Counted from the first letter of the stretch, positions 35,491 to 45,742 are shown. The stretch is DNA of 64,000 nt from an uncultured Candidatus Rokubacteria bacterium (GCA_963826115.1 CAWGVS010000006.1:448001-512000); one strand, 5' to 3'. The notes: a model not told the origin generated them from the letters alone. Program-made: numbers and translations.

Positions 35491-38268
35491 ATGGCCAGTG
35501 ACCGCATCGTCATCCGCGGCGCGCGCGAGCACAACCTCAAGAACGTCGACCTCGAGATCCCCCGGGACCGGCTGGTCGTCGTCACGGGGCTGTCGGGCTC
35601 CGGCAAGTCCACGCTCGCGTTCGACACGATCTACGCCGAGGGGCAGCGCCGCTACGTCGAGAGCCTGTCCGCCTACGCCCGTCAGTTCCTGGAGCAGATG
35701 GAGAAGCCCGACGTCGACTCGATCGAGGGGCTCTCCCCGGCCATCTCGATCGAGCAGAAGACGACGTCGCGGAACCCGCGCTCGACGGTCGGCACCGTCA
35801 CCGAGATCTACGACTACCTGCGGGTCCTCTACGCCCGCGTCGGCACCCCGCACTGCCCGCAGTGCGGCCAGGTCATCGCCGCCCAGACCGTCCAGCAGAT
35901 GGTCGACCGCGTGCGCACCCTCCCCGTCGGCACCCGCATCGTCGTGCTCGCCCCCGTGGTGCGGGGGCGCAAGGGCGAGTACCGGAAGCTCCTCTTCGAC
36001 CTGCGCCGCCAGGGTTTCGGGCGCGTCCGGGTCAACGGGACGGTGCGGGACCTCGCGGAGGAGATCGAGCTCGACAAGAACAAGAAGCACACGATCGAGG
36101 TGGTCGTGGACCGGCTGGTCGTCCGTGACACCGGCGCGGCGCGGCTCGCCGACTCGCTCGAGACGTCGCTCCGGCTCGCGGAGGGCGTGGTGGTCGTCGA
36201 GGTGCCGGACGGCGCCCAGGCCTGGGTGTTCTCGGAGCGCCTCGCCTGCGTCCGTTGCGGCGTCTCCTTCCCCGAGGTCTCGCCGCGGATGTTCTCCTTC
36301 AACAACCCGTTCGGCGCGTGTCCCGCTTGCGGGGGCCTGGGGACCCGTCTCGAGCTCGATCCGGACCTCGTCGTGCCCGACCCGCGGAAGTCGCTGGCCA
36401 AGGGGGCGCTCGCGCCCTGGGCCGGCCGGGAGTCGGTGTACTTCCGGCAGACCTTGTCCGTCCTCGCGCGGAAGCGCCGCTTCAGCCTCGACACGCCCTG
36501 GAAGGACCTGTCGAAGGCGACGCGCGAGCTGATCCTCCGCGGCACCGGCGAGGACGGCGGCTTCGACGGCGTGCTCGGCGGCCTCGAGCGGCGTTACAAG
36601 GAGACCACCTCCGAGGACACGCGGCTCGAGATCGAGCGCTTCATGTCCGAGCGGCCGTGCCCCGCGTGCGGCGGCGGCCGGCTCCGGCCGGAGAGCCTCG
36701 CGGTCCGCGTGGGAGGGCGCGCGATCCACCAGGTGTGCGCGCTCACGATCAAGGAGGCGGGCGCCTTCTTCGATGCGCTCGCCCTCGGGGAGCGCGAGCA
36801 GGCCATCGCCCGGCGCGTCCTGAAGGAGATCCGCGAGCGGCTCGGCTTCCTCCAGAACGTGGGGCTCGAGTACCTCACACTCGACCGGTCGGCGGGCACG
36901 CTCTCGGGCGGCGAAGGCCAGCGGATCCGCCTGGCGACGCAGATCGGCTCGAGCCTGGTCGGCGTGCTCTACATCCTGGACGAGCCGTCGATCGGCCTCC
37001 ACCAGCGGGACAACCGGCGCCTCCTCGACACCCTCCTCCGGCTCCGGGACCTCGGCAACACCGTGCTGGTCGTCGAGCACGACGAGGAGACGATCCGGGC
37101 CGCCGACCACGTGATCGACCTCGGCCCCGGCGCCGGCGAGCTGGGCGGCTACGTCGTCGCCACCGGCACGCCCGAGGAGATCATGGCGGACCAGAAGTCC
37201 CTGACGGGGCGCTACCTGTCGGGCGAGCTGTCGATTCCCGTGCCCGCCGCGCGGCGCCCCGGGACCGGCAAGGGGCTCACCATCCACGGCGCCCGCGAGC
37301 ACAACCTGAAGGCGATGCCCGTGCGCATCCCGCTGGGAACCTTCACCTGCATCACGGGGGTGTCGGGCTCCGGGAAGTCGACGCTGGTCAACGACATCCT
37401 GTACCGGGCGCTGGCCCAGGTCTTCCACCGGGCCCAGGAGCGGCCGGGCGCGCACGATCGCATCGAGGGGCTCCAGCACCTCGACAAGGTCATCAACATC
37501 GACCAGTCGCCGATCGGCCGCACCCCTCGCTCGAACCCCGCGACCTACACGGGTGTGTTCGCCTTCATCCGGGCCCTGTTCGCCCGGACGGTCGACGCCC
37601 GCGCGCGGGGGTACGCGCCCGGGCGCTTCTCCTTCAACGTGAAGGGTGGCCGGTGCGAGGCGTGCCAGGGCGATGGGCTGGTGAAGATCGAGATGCACTT
37701 CCTGCCCGACGTGTACGTGACGTGCGAGGTCTGCAAGGCCAAGCGGTACAACCGCGAGACCCTCGAGATCCGCTACAAGGGCCGGAACATCGCCGAGGTC
37801 CTGGAGATGACGGTGCGGGAGGCGCTGACCTTCTTCGAGCCCGTGCCCCCCGTGCGCCAGAAGCTCCAGACCCTCCACGACGTCGGGCTCGACTACATCC
37901 GGCTCGGCCAGGCCGCGACCACGCTCTCCGGCGGCGAGGCGCAGCGCGTGAAGCTGTCGACCGAGCTCTCCCGACGCGCCACGGGCCGCACGCTCTACAT
38001 CCTGGACGAGCCCACCACCGGGCTCCACTTCGCCGACATCCAGCGCCTCCTCGACGTGCTGAACCAGCTGGTGGCGCAGGGGAACACCGTCGTGGTCATC
38101 GAGCACAACCTGGACGTCGTGAAGACCGCCGACCACATCGTCGATCTGGGGCCCGCGGGGGGCGAGGAGGGAGGCCGTGTCGTCGCCGCCGGCACCCCGG
38201 AGGAGCTGGCCGCCCAGGCGGGGGTGTCGTACACGGGCCGGTTCCTGGCGCACGTCCTGGGCGCGTGA
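35491..38268 (+). CDS. uvrA: Excinuclease ABC subunit A
   Basis: [28 protein letters not shown], zinc fingers, two [13 protein letters not shown]. Confidence 0.97.
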   Translation: MASDRIVIRGAREHNLKNVDLEIPRDRLVVVTGLSGSGKSTLAFDTIYAEGQRRYVESLSAYARQFLEQMEKPDVDSIEGLSPAISIEQKTTSRNPRSTVGTVTEIYDYLRVLYARVGTPHCPQCGQVIAAQTVQQMVDRVRTLPVGTRIVVLAPVVRGRKGEYRKLLFDLRRQGFGRVRVNGTVRDLAEEIELDKNKKHTIEVVVDRLVVRDTGAARLADSLETSLRLAEGVVVVEVPDGAQAWVFSERLACVRCGVSFPEVSPRMFSFNNPFGACPACGGLGTRLELDPDLVVPDPRKSLAKGALAPWAGRESVYFRQTLSVLARKRRFSLDTPWKDLSKATRELILRGTGEDGGFDGVLGGLERRYKETTSEDTRLEIERFMSERPCPACGGGRLRPESLAVRVGGRAIHQVCALTIKEAGAFFDALALGEREQAIARRVLKEIRERLGFLQNVGLEYLTLDRSAGTLSGGEGQRIRLATQIGSSLVGVLYILDEPSIGLHQRDNRRLLDTLLRLRDLGNTVLVVEHDEETIRAADHVIDLGPGAGELGGYVVATGTPEEIMADQKSLTGRYLSGELSIPVPAARRPGTGKGLTIHGAREHNLKAMPVRIPLGTFTCITGVSGSGKSTLVNDILYRALAQVFHRAQERPGAHDRIEGLQHLDKVINIDQSPIGRTPRSNPATYTGVFAFIRALFARTVDARARGYAPGRFSFNVKGGRCEACQGDGLVKIEMHFLPDVYVTCEVCKAKRYNRETLEIRYKGRNIAEVLEMTVREALTFFEPVPPVRQKLQTLHDVGLDYIRLGQAATTLSGGEAQRVKLSTELSRRATGRTLYILDEPTTGLHFADIQRLLDVLNQLVAQGNTVVVIEHNLDVVKTADHIVDLGPAGGEEGGRVVAAGTPEELAAQAGVSYTGRFLAHVLGA

Positions 38269-38282
38269 GACGCGCGTGAGAC
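38261..38282 (+). repeat. Perfect 11-bp tandem duplication GCGCGTGAGAC x2 at the uvrA stop
   Basis: Read directly from the sequence. Confidence 0.85.
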
Positions 38283-39196
38283 GACGGCTCCGTCTCGCGG
38301 CCGGGTGGGCCGCGGCCGCGCTGACCGCGCTCCTCCTGGCCGGCGCGGTGCCCGCGCGCGCGGCGTCGGATGTCGTGGAGGACGACGACGACGACGAGGT
38401 CCAGCTCCGCGAGGTCTACATCCCGCACCCGGAGTTCCAGACCTACTACGACCGCGACCAGCTCGCGGTGGAGGAGGTCACGCTCGTGCGGGTGCGACGC
38501 CAGGACCAGTCGGAGGCCCTGGTCGCGAAGGAGGACTCCGGCTGGGAGCACGTCGTCCTCGAGGGCTGGCGCCTCAGCTTCTACAACCAGGCGAAGCAGC
38601 CGCTCCGCCGGGGCCCGGGCCGGCACGTCGTCGTGCAGGACTGGTCGGGCGGCGCGCACTGCTGCTTCGACTACCACGTGCTCCACGTGCAGGGGACGCA
38701 GGTCCGCCGGGAGGGGACGATCCGGGCGGGGGACTGCAGCCTCCGTGCGGCGGACCTCGACCAGGACGGCGCGCTCGAGCTGATCGCCTGCGACGCGCGG
38801 TTCGCGTACGCGTTCGATCTCCCGTTCGCCGAGTCTCCGCTCGTGCCCGTCGTGTACACGTTTCGCGACCGCGCCTACGCGGCCGACAATCGCCGCTTCC
38901 CGCAGGTCTACCAGTTTCGCATCGCCCAGGAGCGGCGGCGGCTCCTGGAGGCGGAGCGCGCGAGCGACGCGCGCGGCGCCCGCCGCGCGGTCCTGAGCCT
39001 GCTCCTCCACGCGCTCTACGCGGGGCGCGTGACCGAGGCGTGGTGCGCGTTCGATCGCGCCTACCGCTGGGCCGACCGGGCGGACGTGCGCCAGGAGGTG
39101 ATTCGCCGCCTCCGCCTGGCGCCCGATCCGGAGGACGGCCGGCTCCCCCCGATCGACCTCGCCTACACGCTCGCGCCGCCCGGCCGCTGTCGCTGA
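38276..39196 (+). CDS. Secreted hypothetical protein
   Basis: Signal peptide ending ARA; acidic EDDDDDE; WSGGAHCC; DLDQDGALEL calcium-loop-like motif. Confidence 0.7.
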   Translation: MRRRLRLAAGWAAAALTALLLAGAVPARAASDVVEDDDDDEVQLREVYIPHPEFQTYYDRDQLAVEEVTLVRVRRQDQSEALVAKEDSGWEHVVLEGWRLSFYNQAKQPLRRGPGRHVVVQDWSGGAHCCFDYHVLHVQGTQVRREGTIRAGDCSLRAADLDQDGALELIACDARFAYAFDLPFAESPLVPVVYTFRDRAYAADNRRFPQVYQFRIAQERRRLLEAERASDARGARRAVLSLLLHALYAGRVTEAWCAFDRAYRWADRADVRQEVIRRLRLAPDPEDGRLPPIDLAYTLAPPGRCR

Positions 39197-39310
39197 GCCG
39201 CCGGACCGCCCCCCTGGGCGGCCTTGCGACGGCCGTGCTACGATTCGACCTCGACGCCTCGGATGGACCGGTTCGGCTGGCTCTAGCCCTGACGACTCCC
39301 GGGAGGCACG

Positions 39311-41407
39311 ATGACCATCGATATCGCGCGTATCCGTAACGTCGGCTTCGTCGGCCACGGCGGCGTCGGCAAGACGTCCCTGGTCGAGGCAATCCTGTTC
39401 CGGAACGGCATGACCGCCCGCCTGGGCCGTGTGGAAGACGGCACGGCCACCACCGACTTCGACCCCGAGGAGATCAAGCGCAAGATCTCCATCAACATCG
39501 GCGTCGCGCACTGCGACTACCGCGACCACCGGTTCAACTTCGTGGACATGCCGGGGTACGGCGACTTCATCGCGGAAGCGCGCGCCGGCCTTCGCGTCGT
39601 CGAGGGCGCGGTCCTGGTGGTGGACGCCGTCGCCGGCGTCGAGGTCCAGACGGAGAAGGTCTCGAAGTTCGCCCAGGAGTACGGGCTGCCGCGGCTGGTC
39701 TACATCAACAAGATGGACCGCGAGCGCGCCGACTTCACGCGCACGCTGGAGTCGATACAGCGACGGCTCAAGGGCCGATTCGTCCCGCTCCACGTGCCGA
39801 TCGGCCAGGAGGCCGCGTTCAAGGGGCTGGTGGACGTGCTCCGGATGAAGGGCTACGTCGTGGGCGACACACCGGGAAAGATCGAGGAGACCGCGATCCC
39901 GGCCGACCTCGCCGACACGGTGCAGGCGACGCGCGAGAAGCTCGTCGAGGCCGTGGCCGAGACCGACGACGACCTCCTGGCCCGCTACCTCGAGGAGGGG
40001 ACGCTCGACGAGGCCGTCGTGATCAAGGCGCTCCGCGCCGCGATCGGCGACGGGAAGCTCGTGCCCGTGATCCTCGGGTCCGCGACCAAGGCGATCGGCG
40101 TCCGCTCGTTGCTCGACATCGTCATCGACTCCTTCCCGTCGCCGGCCGACCGGCCGCCGATCGAGGGGACCGACCCCCGGACGAAGGAGACGGTGACCCG
40201 GGCCCCCAGTCCGAAGGAGCCCTTCTCCGCGCTGGTGTTCAAGACCCTGACCGATCCCCACGTCGGCAAGCTGACGCTGTTCCGGGTCTTCTCGGGCACC
40301 GTCACCGGCAACTCCCAGGTCTACAATCCGGCCCGCGAGGCCCGCGAGCGGGTGGGGCAGGTGGCGCTGCTCCAGGGCCGGGAGCACAAGGCGGTCGACG
40401 TCCTCGGCCCCGGCGAGATCGGTGTGGTGCTGAAGCTCCGGGAGACGCTCACCGGCGACACGCTGTGCGCCGAGAACGCCCCGGTGATCCTGTCCCGGAT
40501 CCAGTTCCCGGAGCCCGCGATCTCGTTCGCGCTCCAGCCCAAGGCGAAGGGGGACGAGGACAAGATCTCGAACGCGCTCGCGCGGCTCGCGGAGGAGGAC
40601 CCCACCCTCCGCTACCACTACGACGCCGAGACCAAGCAGCTCCTGATCTCGGGCGTCGGCCAGCAGCACATCGAGGTGACGCTGGAGCGGATGAAGCGGA
40701 AGTTCAACGCCGAGGTCGTCCTCCTGCCGCCGCGGATCCCCTACAAGGAGACCGTGAAGGGGCGGGCGCAGGTCCAGGGCCGGCACAAGAAGCAGACCGG
40801 CGGCCGGGGCCAGTTCGGCGACTGCTGGATCGAGATCGAGCCGCTCGGGCGCGGCGCGGGGCTCGAGTTCGTCGACAAGATCTTCGGCGGGTCGATCCCC
40901 CGGAACTTCATCCCCTCGGTCGAGAAGGGCGTGCGCGCGCGCCTCGAGCGCGGCGTGATCGCCGGCTACCAGGTCGTGGACGTGCGCGTGACCTTGTACG
41001 ACGGCTCGTACCACTCGGTCGACTCCTCGGACATCGCCTTCCAGCTCGCCGGGCAGGTCGCGGCCGAGAAGGCCGTGCTCGAGGCGCGGCCGAGCCTCCT
41101 CGAGCCGGTCATGGACGTCGAGGTGACCGCGCCCTCCGCCATCGCGGGCGACGTGATCGGGGACCTCAACAGCCGCCGGGGGAAGATCGCGGGGATGGAG
41201 CCGGGGGACGAGAACAGCGTGGTTCGCGCCCAGGTCCCGATGGCGGAGATGCTCAACTACGAGCCGCACCTCCGCTCGATGTCGGGCGGCCGGGGCAGCT
41301 ACTCGATGGAGTTCTCCCACTACGAGGAGCTGCCCGGGATGCTGGCCGAGAAGGTGATCGCCGAGGCGAAGAAGGAGCGGGAGGCGCGCGCGGCCGAGAA
41401 GCACTGA
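39311..41407 (+). CDS. fusA: Elongation factor G paralogue (EF-G2-like)
   Basis: GHGGVGKTSL, DMPGYGDF, NKMDR, KKQTGGRGQFG, DGSYHSVDSS; G2 region RKISI rather than RGITI. Confidence 0.9.
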   Translation: MTIDIARIRNVGFVGHGGVGKTSLVEAILFRNGMTARLGRVEDGTATTDFDPEEIKRKISINIGVAHCDYRDHRFNFVDMPGYGDFIAEARAGLRVVEGAVLVVDAVAGVEVQTEKVSKFAQEYGLPRLVYINKMDRERADFTRTLESIQRRLKGRFVPLHVPIGQEAAFKGLVDVLRMKGYVVGDTPGKIEETAIPADLADTVQATREKLVEAVAETDDDLLARYLEEGTLDEAVVIKALRAAIGDGKLVPVILGSATKAIGVRSLLDIVIDSFPSPADRPPIEGTDPRTKETVTRAPSPKEPFSALVFKTLTDPHVGKLTLFRVFSGTVTGNSQVYNPAREARERVGQVALLQGREHKAVDVLGPGEIGVVLKLRETLTGDTLCAENAPVILSRIQFPEPAISFALQPKAKGDEDKISNALARLAEEDPTLRYHYDAETKQLLISGVGQQHIEVTLERMKRKFNAEVVLLPPRIPYKETVKGRAQVQGRHKKQTGGRGQFGDCWIEIEPLGRGAGLEFVDKIFGGSIPRNFIPSVEKGVRARLERGVIAGYQVVDVRVTLYDGSYHSVDSSDIAFQLAGQVAAEKAVLEARPSLLEPVMDVEVTAPSAIAGDVIGDLNSRRGKIAGMEPGDENSVVRAQVPMAEMLNYEPHLRSMSGGRGSYSMEFSHYEELPGMLAEKVIAEAKKEREARAAEKH

Positions 41408-41495
41408 GCCGGCGGCCCCCGCCCCCGCACGCCCCCGGGGGCGCGCCCCGCGAACCGTGCGCGCGCCGGCGCCGTCCCCTGCGGGGCGGCCCGGC

Positions 41496-41918
41496 TCAGA
41501 CGTGGGCCTGCGCCGGTCCGATGATCGCCTCGACCTTGGCGAGGAGGTCGCCGACGGAGACGGGCTTCGCGAGCTGTCCCACGATGTTGAGGCCCGAGTC
41601 GCCCGCGAGGTCCGGCCCCTCCTCGAGGTGCGCCGAGACGATGACCACCGGGATCGTGTGCCAGCGCGGGTTGGCGCGGACGTTCTCCAGGAAGTCCCAC
41701 CCCGACGCGCGCGGCATCCGGAGGTCGAGCAGGATCAGGTCCGGGAAGAGATCGCGGATGAGGTCTCCCGCCGCCAGCCCGTCCTCCGATCCGATCGCGC
41801 GGTAGCCCGCCTCCTCCAGCACCTCGATCCAGAGCGCGCGCAGGCGCGCGTTGTCGTCGACGACGAGCACCCACTTGCGCGGCTTCACCTTGGACGAGGC
41901 ACTCCCCGGAGCGGTCAT
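41496..41918 (-). CDS. Single-domain response regulator (receiver)
   Basis: VLVVDD, LILLDLRMP, IPVVIVSA, AKP. Confidence 0.88.
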   Translation of the reverse strand: MTAPGSASSKVKPRKWVLVVDDNARLRALWIEVLEEAGYRAIGSEDGLAAGDLIRDLFPDLILLDLRMPRASGWDFLENVRANPRWHTIPVVIVSAHLEEGPDLAGDSGLNIVGQLAKPVSVGDLLAKVEAIIGPAQAHV

Positions 41919-41925
41919 CGAACAC

Positions 41926-41955
41926 ACGGTACGCAGGCCCCTGGCGCGTTGTCAA
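41926..41955 (-). promoter_or_regulatory. sigma70 promoter, probably leaderless
   Basis: TTGACA-N18-TACCGT-N7-ATG(41918). Confidence 0.6.
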
Positions 41956-42072
41956 AAAGTTCGACTGCGCCGTCGCCGGGCGTCCCGGGCGGCCGCCAGC
42001 GCAGCAATTCGTAGGAGGCCGCCGTGGCCGCGGGGCTATACTGCGCTCACGGGCAGCCGACCCGGGGGAGCC

Positions 42073-43713
42073 ATGTACCTCTCACATTTCGGTCTGCGCG
42101 AGCCCCCGTTCTCGATCACGCCGGACCCGCGCTTCCTCTACATGAGCGCGCGGCACCGCGAGGCGCTGGCGCATCTGGTCTACGGCGTGGGCGAGCGCGG
42201 CGGCTTCGTCCAGCTGACCGGCGAGGTGGGAACCGGCAAGACCAGCGTTTGCCGGTGCCTGCTGGAGCAGCTCCCCGCCCACGTCGACCTGGCGCTCGTC
42301 CTGAACCCGCGCGTGACTCCGGTCGAGCTCCTGGCCAGCGTGTGCGACGAGCTCCGCATCGCGTATCCCGCCGGCCCGACCGGCTCGAAGGACCTCGTGG
42401 ATCGGCTCCACCGGCATCTCCTCGAGGCGCATACCGCCGGCCGCCGGACGGTCCTCATCATCGACGAGGCCCAGAATCTCTCGCCCGAGGTACTGGAGGA
42501 GGTCCGCCTCCTCACGAACCTCGAGACCACCCGGGACAAGCTTCTCCAGGTGATCCTGATCGGCCAGCCGGAGCTGGCCGCCATCCTGGACCAGCCGAAG
42601 CTCCGACAGCTTGCCCAGCGCATCACCGCGCGCTACCACCTCGAGCCGCTCTCCCGGTCGGAGACCCGCGCGTATGTCCGCCACCGGCTGGCCGTGGCGG
42701 GCCGCGGCCGGGCAGTCTTCACCGAGCCCGGCCTCCGGACCCTGCACCGGCGCTCGCGCGGCATCCCCCGTCTCATCAACGCCATCGCCGACCGGGCGCT
42801 CCTCGGCGCGTACACGCGAGAGCAGTCCCGCGTGAACGCGGCGACCGTGCGACGGGCCGCGGCCGAGGTGCTGGGTGAGCCGCACCGCTCGTGGCGGCGC
42901 TGGACGTGGCGGGCCGCCGCCGTCGCGCTCGTCGCCGCGACCGGCGGCTTCGGGCTCGTGCTGCTGGCGCCGGGCGAGGTCGCGCGGGAGGAGGCCGGGC
43001 GAGCGGGCGCGTCGCCGGGCCCGTCGCTGACCGCAGGCCCTGCGGGGCCGGGCGGAGCATCCGCGGTGGCGCCCGCCGAGCGCTCGGCATCCCCTCGGCT
43101 CGCGGACGTCCTGCGTGACCCGGCGCTCCCGGCCACGAAGGGCGACGCGCTGACCGTGCTGCTGGCGCTCTGGGGCGTCCCCGCCGCGGGCGGCCTGCCG
43201 GACTGCGACACGCCACCGGCCGCGACGCTCGAGTGCCTGGCGTCCGTCGGGACGTGGCCGAAGCTCCGCCGGCTCGACCTGCCCGCGGCGCTCGAGCTCG
43301 TGGGGCCCGAGGGCGAGCGCCGCTACGGCGTGCTCACGGCGCTCACGCCGTCCGCGGCGACGCTCCGCTTCGGCGACCGCATCGTCACGGCGGAGCTGAC
43401 CGAGGTGGAGCCGTTCTGGGACGGGAGCTTCGTCGTCCTCTGGCGCCCGCCGCCGGGCACGCTCCCGCTCCGGCGGGGCGCCACCGGTCCGGCGGCCGAC
43501 TGGCTCCGCCGGCGGATGGTGCGGGGCGACGGCGCCGTCCCAGTGACCGAGCGCGGCCGGCCCTACGACCAGGGCCTGGTCGAGCGAGTGGTCGCGTTCC
43601 AGCGGGCCCGCTCGCTCGAGCCGGACGGCGTGGTGGGAGGTGAGACCGCGATCCTCCTCCGCCGCGTGGAGTGGGGCGCCGGCGTGCCGCGGCTTTCCGC
43701 GGGGATCCGGTAG
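42073..43713 (+). CDS. exeA: ExeA/GspA AAA ATPase with C-terminal peptidoglycan-binding domain
   Basis: MYLSHFGLREPPFSITPDPRFLY, GEVGTGKT, IIDEAQNL, GQPEL, GIPRLIN, TM segment, FQRARSLEPDGVVG. Confidence 0.9.
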   Translation: MYLSHFGLREPPFSITPDPRFLYMSARHREALAHLVYGVGERGGFVQLTGEVGTGKTSVCRCLLEQLPAHVDLALVLNPRVTPVELLASVCDELRIAYPAGPTGSKDLVDRLHRHLLEAHTAGRRTVLIIDEAQNLSPEVLEEVRLLTNLETTRDKLLQVILIGQPELAAILDQPKLRQLAQRITARYHLEPLSRSETRAYVRHRLAVAGRGRAVFTEPGLRTLHRRSRGIPRLINAIADRALLGAYTREQSRVNAATVRRAAAEVLGEPHRSWRRWTWRAAAVALVAATGGFGLVLLAPGEVAREEAGRAGASPGPSLTAGPAGPGGASAVAPAERSASPRLADVLRDPALPATKGDALTVLLALWGVPAAGGLPDCDTPPAATLECLASVGTWPKLRRLDLPAALELVGPEGERRYGVLTALTPSAATLRFGDRIVTAELTEVEPFWDGSFVVLWRPPPGTLPLRRGATGPAADWLRRRMVRGDGAVPVTERGRPYDQGLVERVVAFQRARSLEPDGVVGGETAILLRRVEWGAGVPRLSAGIR

Positions 43714-43725
43714 GGGCGGCCGCGC

Positions 43726-44622
43726 ATGTCGTACATCCTCGACGCCCTCCGGAAGGCGGAGCGCGATCGTCAGGTACGGCGCGTGCCGACGCTGGCCACG
43801 GCGCACGGGAACGCGGAGCTCGGGCGATGGCCGCAGTGGGTCTGGGCGGCGGCGCTGGGCGGCGCGCTCGCCGTCGGCGCGGTCCTCCTCGTGAGCATGC
43901 TCGGGTCCGGCCGGTCGGTCCCGGTGGCCGTGGCGCCGGCCCCGCCTCCGCCGATCGCGACCGCCCCGGCCGCTCCGAGCCCGAGCGCCGAGCCTGCGAC
44001 CCCGGCCCCGCCCGCGGTCGAGCGCGCGCCGGCGCCTGCGCCGGTCCCGGCGGTCGAGCGCCCACCCGGTCGCGCATCCACCGTGCCGCGCGTCGCGACC
44101 AGCCCGCCACGCGTGGCGCCCGTCGAGCCCCGCGCCGCGCCCGTCGAGCCGTCCGCGCCTGCGTCGTCGCCCGCGCGCACCGCCGACGCTCGCCGCGCGC
44201 CACCGCGGCCCGACGCCCCCGCCGTGTCGGCGCCCGGGCCCGGAACGGCCCCGGCTCCGGCGACTGCGCCGCGCGCCACCGGCCCCGACGCCATTCCGTC
44301 GGCCCGGGCGACCGAAGTTCCGGCCGCGCCGCCGCCGGCCGCGTTGGCGAGCGCGCCGCCGGTCGAGGCCACGTCCGGCGGCGGAGGGCTCGCGCCCGCG
44401 TCGGCCACGGCGCGCCTGACGCTCGACGTGCTCGTGTACTCGGACGTGCCCGCGGAGCGGCTCGTCTTCATCAACGGGCGCAAGTACGTCGAGGGACAGG
44501 CGGTCACCGAGGACGCCGTCGTCGAGCAGATCACGGCCGACGGCGCCATTCTGCGCCAGGGAGACCGGCGGCTCATCCTGCGCCCGAAGCTCAACCCGTA
44601 CGCCCGTCCGGGCTCGCCTTGA
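43726..44622 (+). CDS. exeB: ExeB/GspB general secretion pathway protein B
   Basis: MSYILDALRKAERDR, TM, Pro/Ala linker, VYSDVPAERLVFING..EG. Confidence 0.88.
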   Translation: MSYILDALRKAERDRQVRRVPTLATAHGNAELGRWPQWVWAAALGGALAVGAVLLVSMLGSGRSVPVAVAPAPPPPIATAPAAPSPSAEPATPAPPAVERAPAPAPVPAVERPPGRASTVPRVATSPPRVAPVEPRAAPVEPSAPASSPARTADARRAPPRPDAPAVSAPGPGTAPAPATAPRATGPDAIPSARATEVPAAPPPAALASAPPVEATSGGGGLAPASATARLTLDVLVYSDVPAERLVFINGRKYVEGQAVTEDAVVEQITADGAILRQGDRRLILRPKLNPYARPGSP

Positions 44623-44743
44623 CACGATCGGCGTCCCTCTGGGACAGTGGCTAGGCCGCGCCGGCGGCAGGCGGGCACGGGCCGAGCGCCCCCCGGGGTC
44701 GGCCCGCGACCGAGGCCAACGAGGGCCGGGATCGGAATCGACC

Positions 44744-45742
44744 ATGAACTTCCATCGCCGCGCGATCCGCATCGTCCACGCCTCCCTCGGCCTCGTATCG
44801 AACACGCGCGAGCTCCTGACCCGCTCGGAGTACTTCACGGACCGCGTCCCCCAGTCGCTCCTGACCGACTACCACCGCGTCGACGACGTGCCGTGGGACG
44901 GGACGCCGTCGGGCGTCGATGCGGAGATCCGCATCGTCGACACGCCGGGCCTCGCGCCGGCGATCGCGCTCGAGCCGGACCGCGTCCTCGCGGTCGGTGA
45001 CTGGACGGCGCTGGAGGCCGCCAACTCCGACCGGCGGTACTCCCTCTTCGGGAACCTGGGGTTCGTCTTCCGCTACGTCATCCACGTCCTGGAGCGACAT
45101 CACGACACGTGGTCGTTCCACGCGAGCGCCATGGTGGACGACAAGGGCGACCTCTGGCTCATCCCCGGGAGCGCGGGGGCGGGCAAGACGGTGTTCCTGC
45201 TGGAGGGCCTCGCGCGCGGGTGGACCATCTTCTCGACCGAGATGACTCACGTGCGCCTGACCCCCGGGGGGTACGAGTTCTACAAGGGCTCGCTCTTCGA
45301 CAACATCCGGCTCGGCACGCTGCTCTACGACTTCCCCGGCGTGGTGGAGCGGCTCGGCGTCGTCGTGCCGCCGTCGCCGGATCCCTGGGGGGCGAAGATC
45401 GCGCTCGACCTCGGGCACGTGCAGACGCCGACGGACGTCCTGGTGAGCCCGTCCGTCCGGATCGTGAGCCCGAAGGTGGAGTCGGGCCGGGACCGGGCGG
45501 TCGTCACGCGGATCGAGCGCCGCGAGAAGCTGGTCAAGCTCCTCTTCGACAACGCCACCGAGAAGCACGGCGGCACCGTGCTGCTGTACGATCGGCTCCC
45601 GGTGCCGTCGCTCGACACGCCCGCGCTCATGGCGCGGCGCCTCGACGCCATGCGCGGGCTGGTGGAGCGCGCCACGATCAAGAGCGCCCGGAGCACCCTC
45701 TGCGGGGCTCGGAACTGCATGGAGGGTCTTCTGGATGATTGA
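44744..45742 (+). CDS. Hypothetical protein with HPr kinase/PEPCK-like P-loop domain
   Basis: FHASAM..LIPGSAGAGKT..GWTIFSTE resembles the HPrK-related HAs..GxSGxGKT..(S)DD signature. Confidence 0.55.
   Translation: MNFHRRAIRIVHASLGLVSNTRELLTRSEYFTDRVPQSLLTDYHRVDDVPWDGTPSGVDAEIRIVDTPGLAPAIALEPDRVLAVGDWTALEAANSDRRYSLFGNLGFVFRYVIHVLERHHDTWSFHASAMVDDKGDLWLIPGSAGAGKTVFLLEGLARGWTIFSTEMTHVRLTPGGYEFYKGSLFDNIRLGTLLYDFPGVVERLGVVVPPSPDPWGAKIALDLGHVQTPTDVLVSPSVRIVSPKVESGRDRAVVTRIERREKLVKLLFDNATEKHGGTVLLYDRLPVPSLDTPALMARRLDAMRGLVERATIKSARSTLCGARNCMEGLLDD

Noticed and set aside
35293-41404. Long antisense ORFs (986 aa and 1102 aa) opposite uvrA and fusA, and similar ones opposite aconitase, IOR and the Mo enzyme
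   Set aside because: Expected in GC-rich coding DNA, where the antisense frame lacks stops; no motifs and no initiation signals.
43900-44410. Repetitive Pro/Ala-rich DNA (e.g. GCGGTCGAGCGC twice)
   Set aside because: Low-complexity ExeB linker, not an array or mobile repeat.
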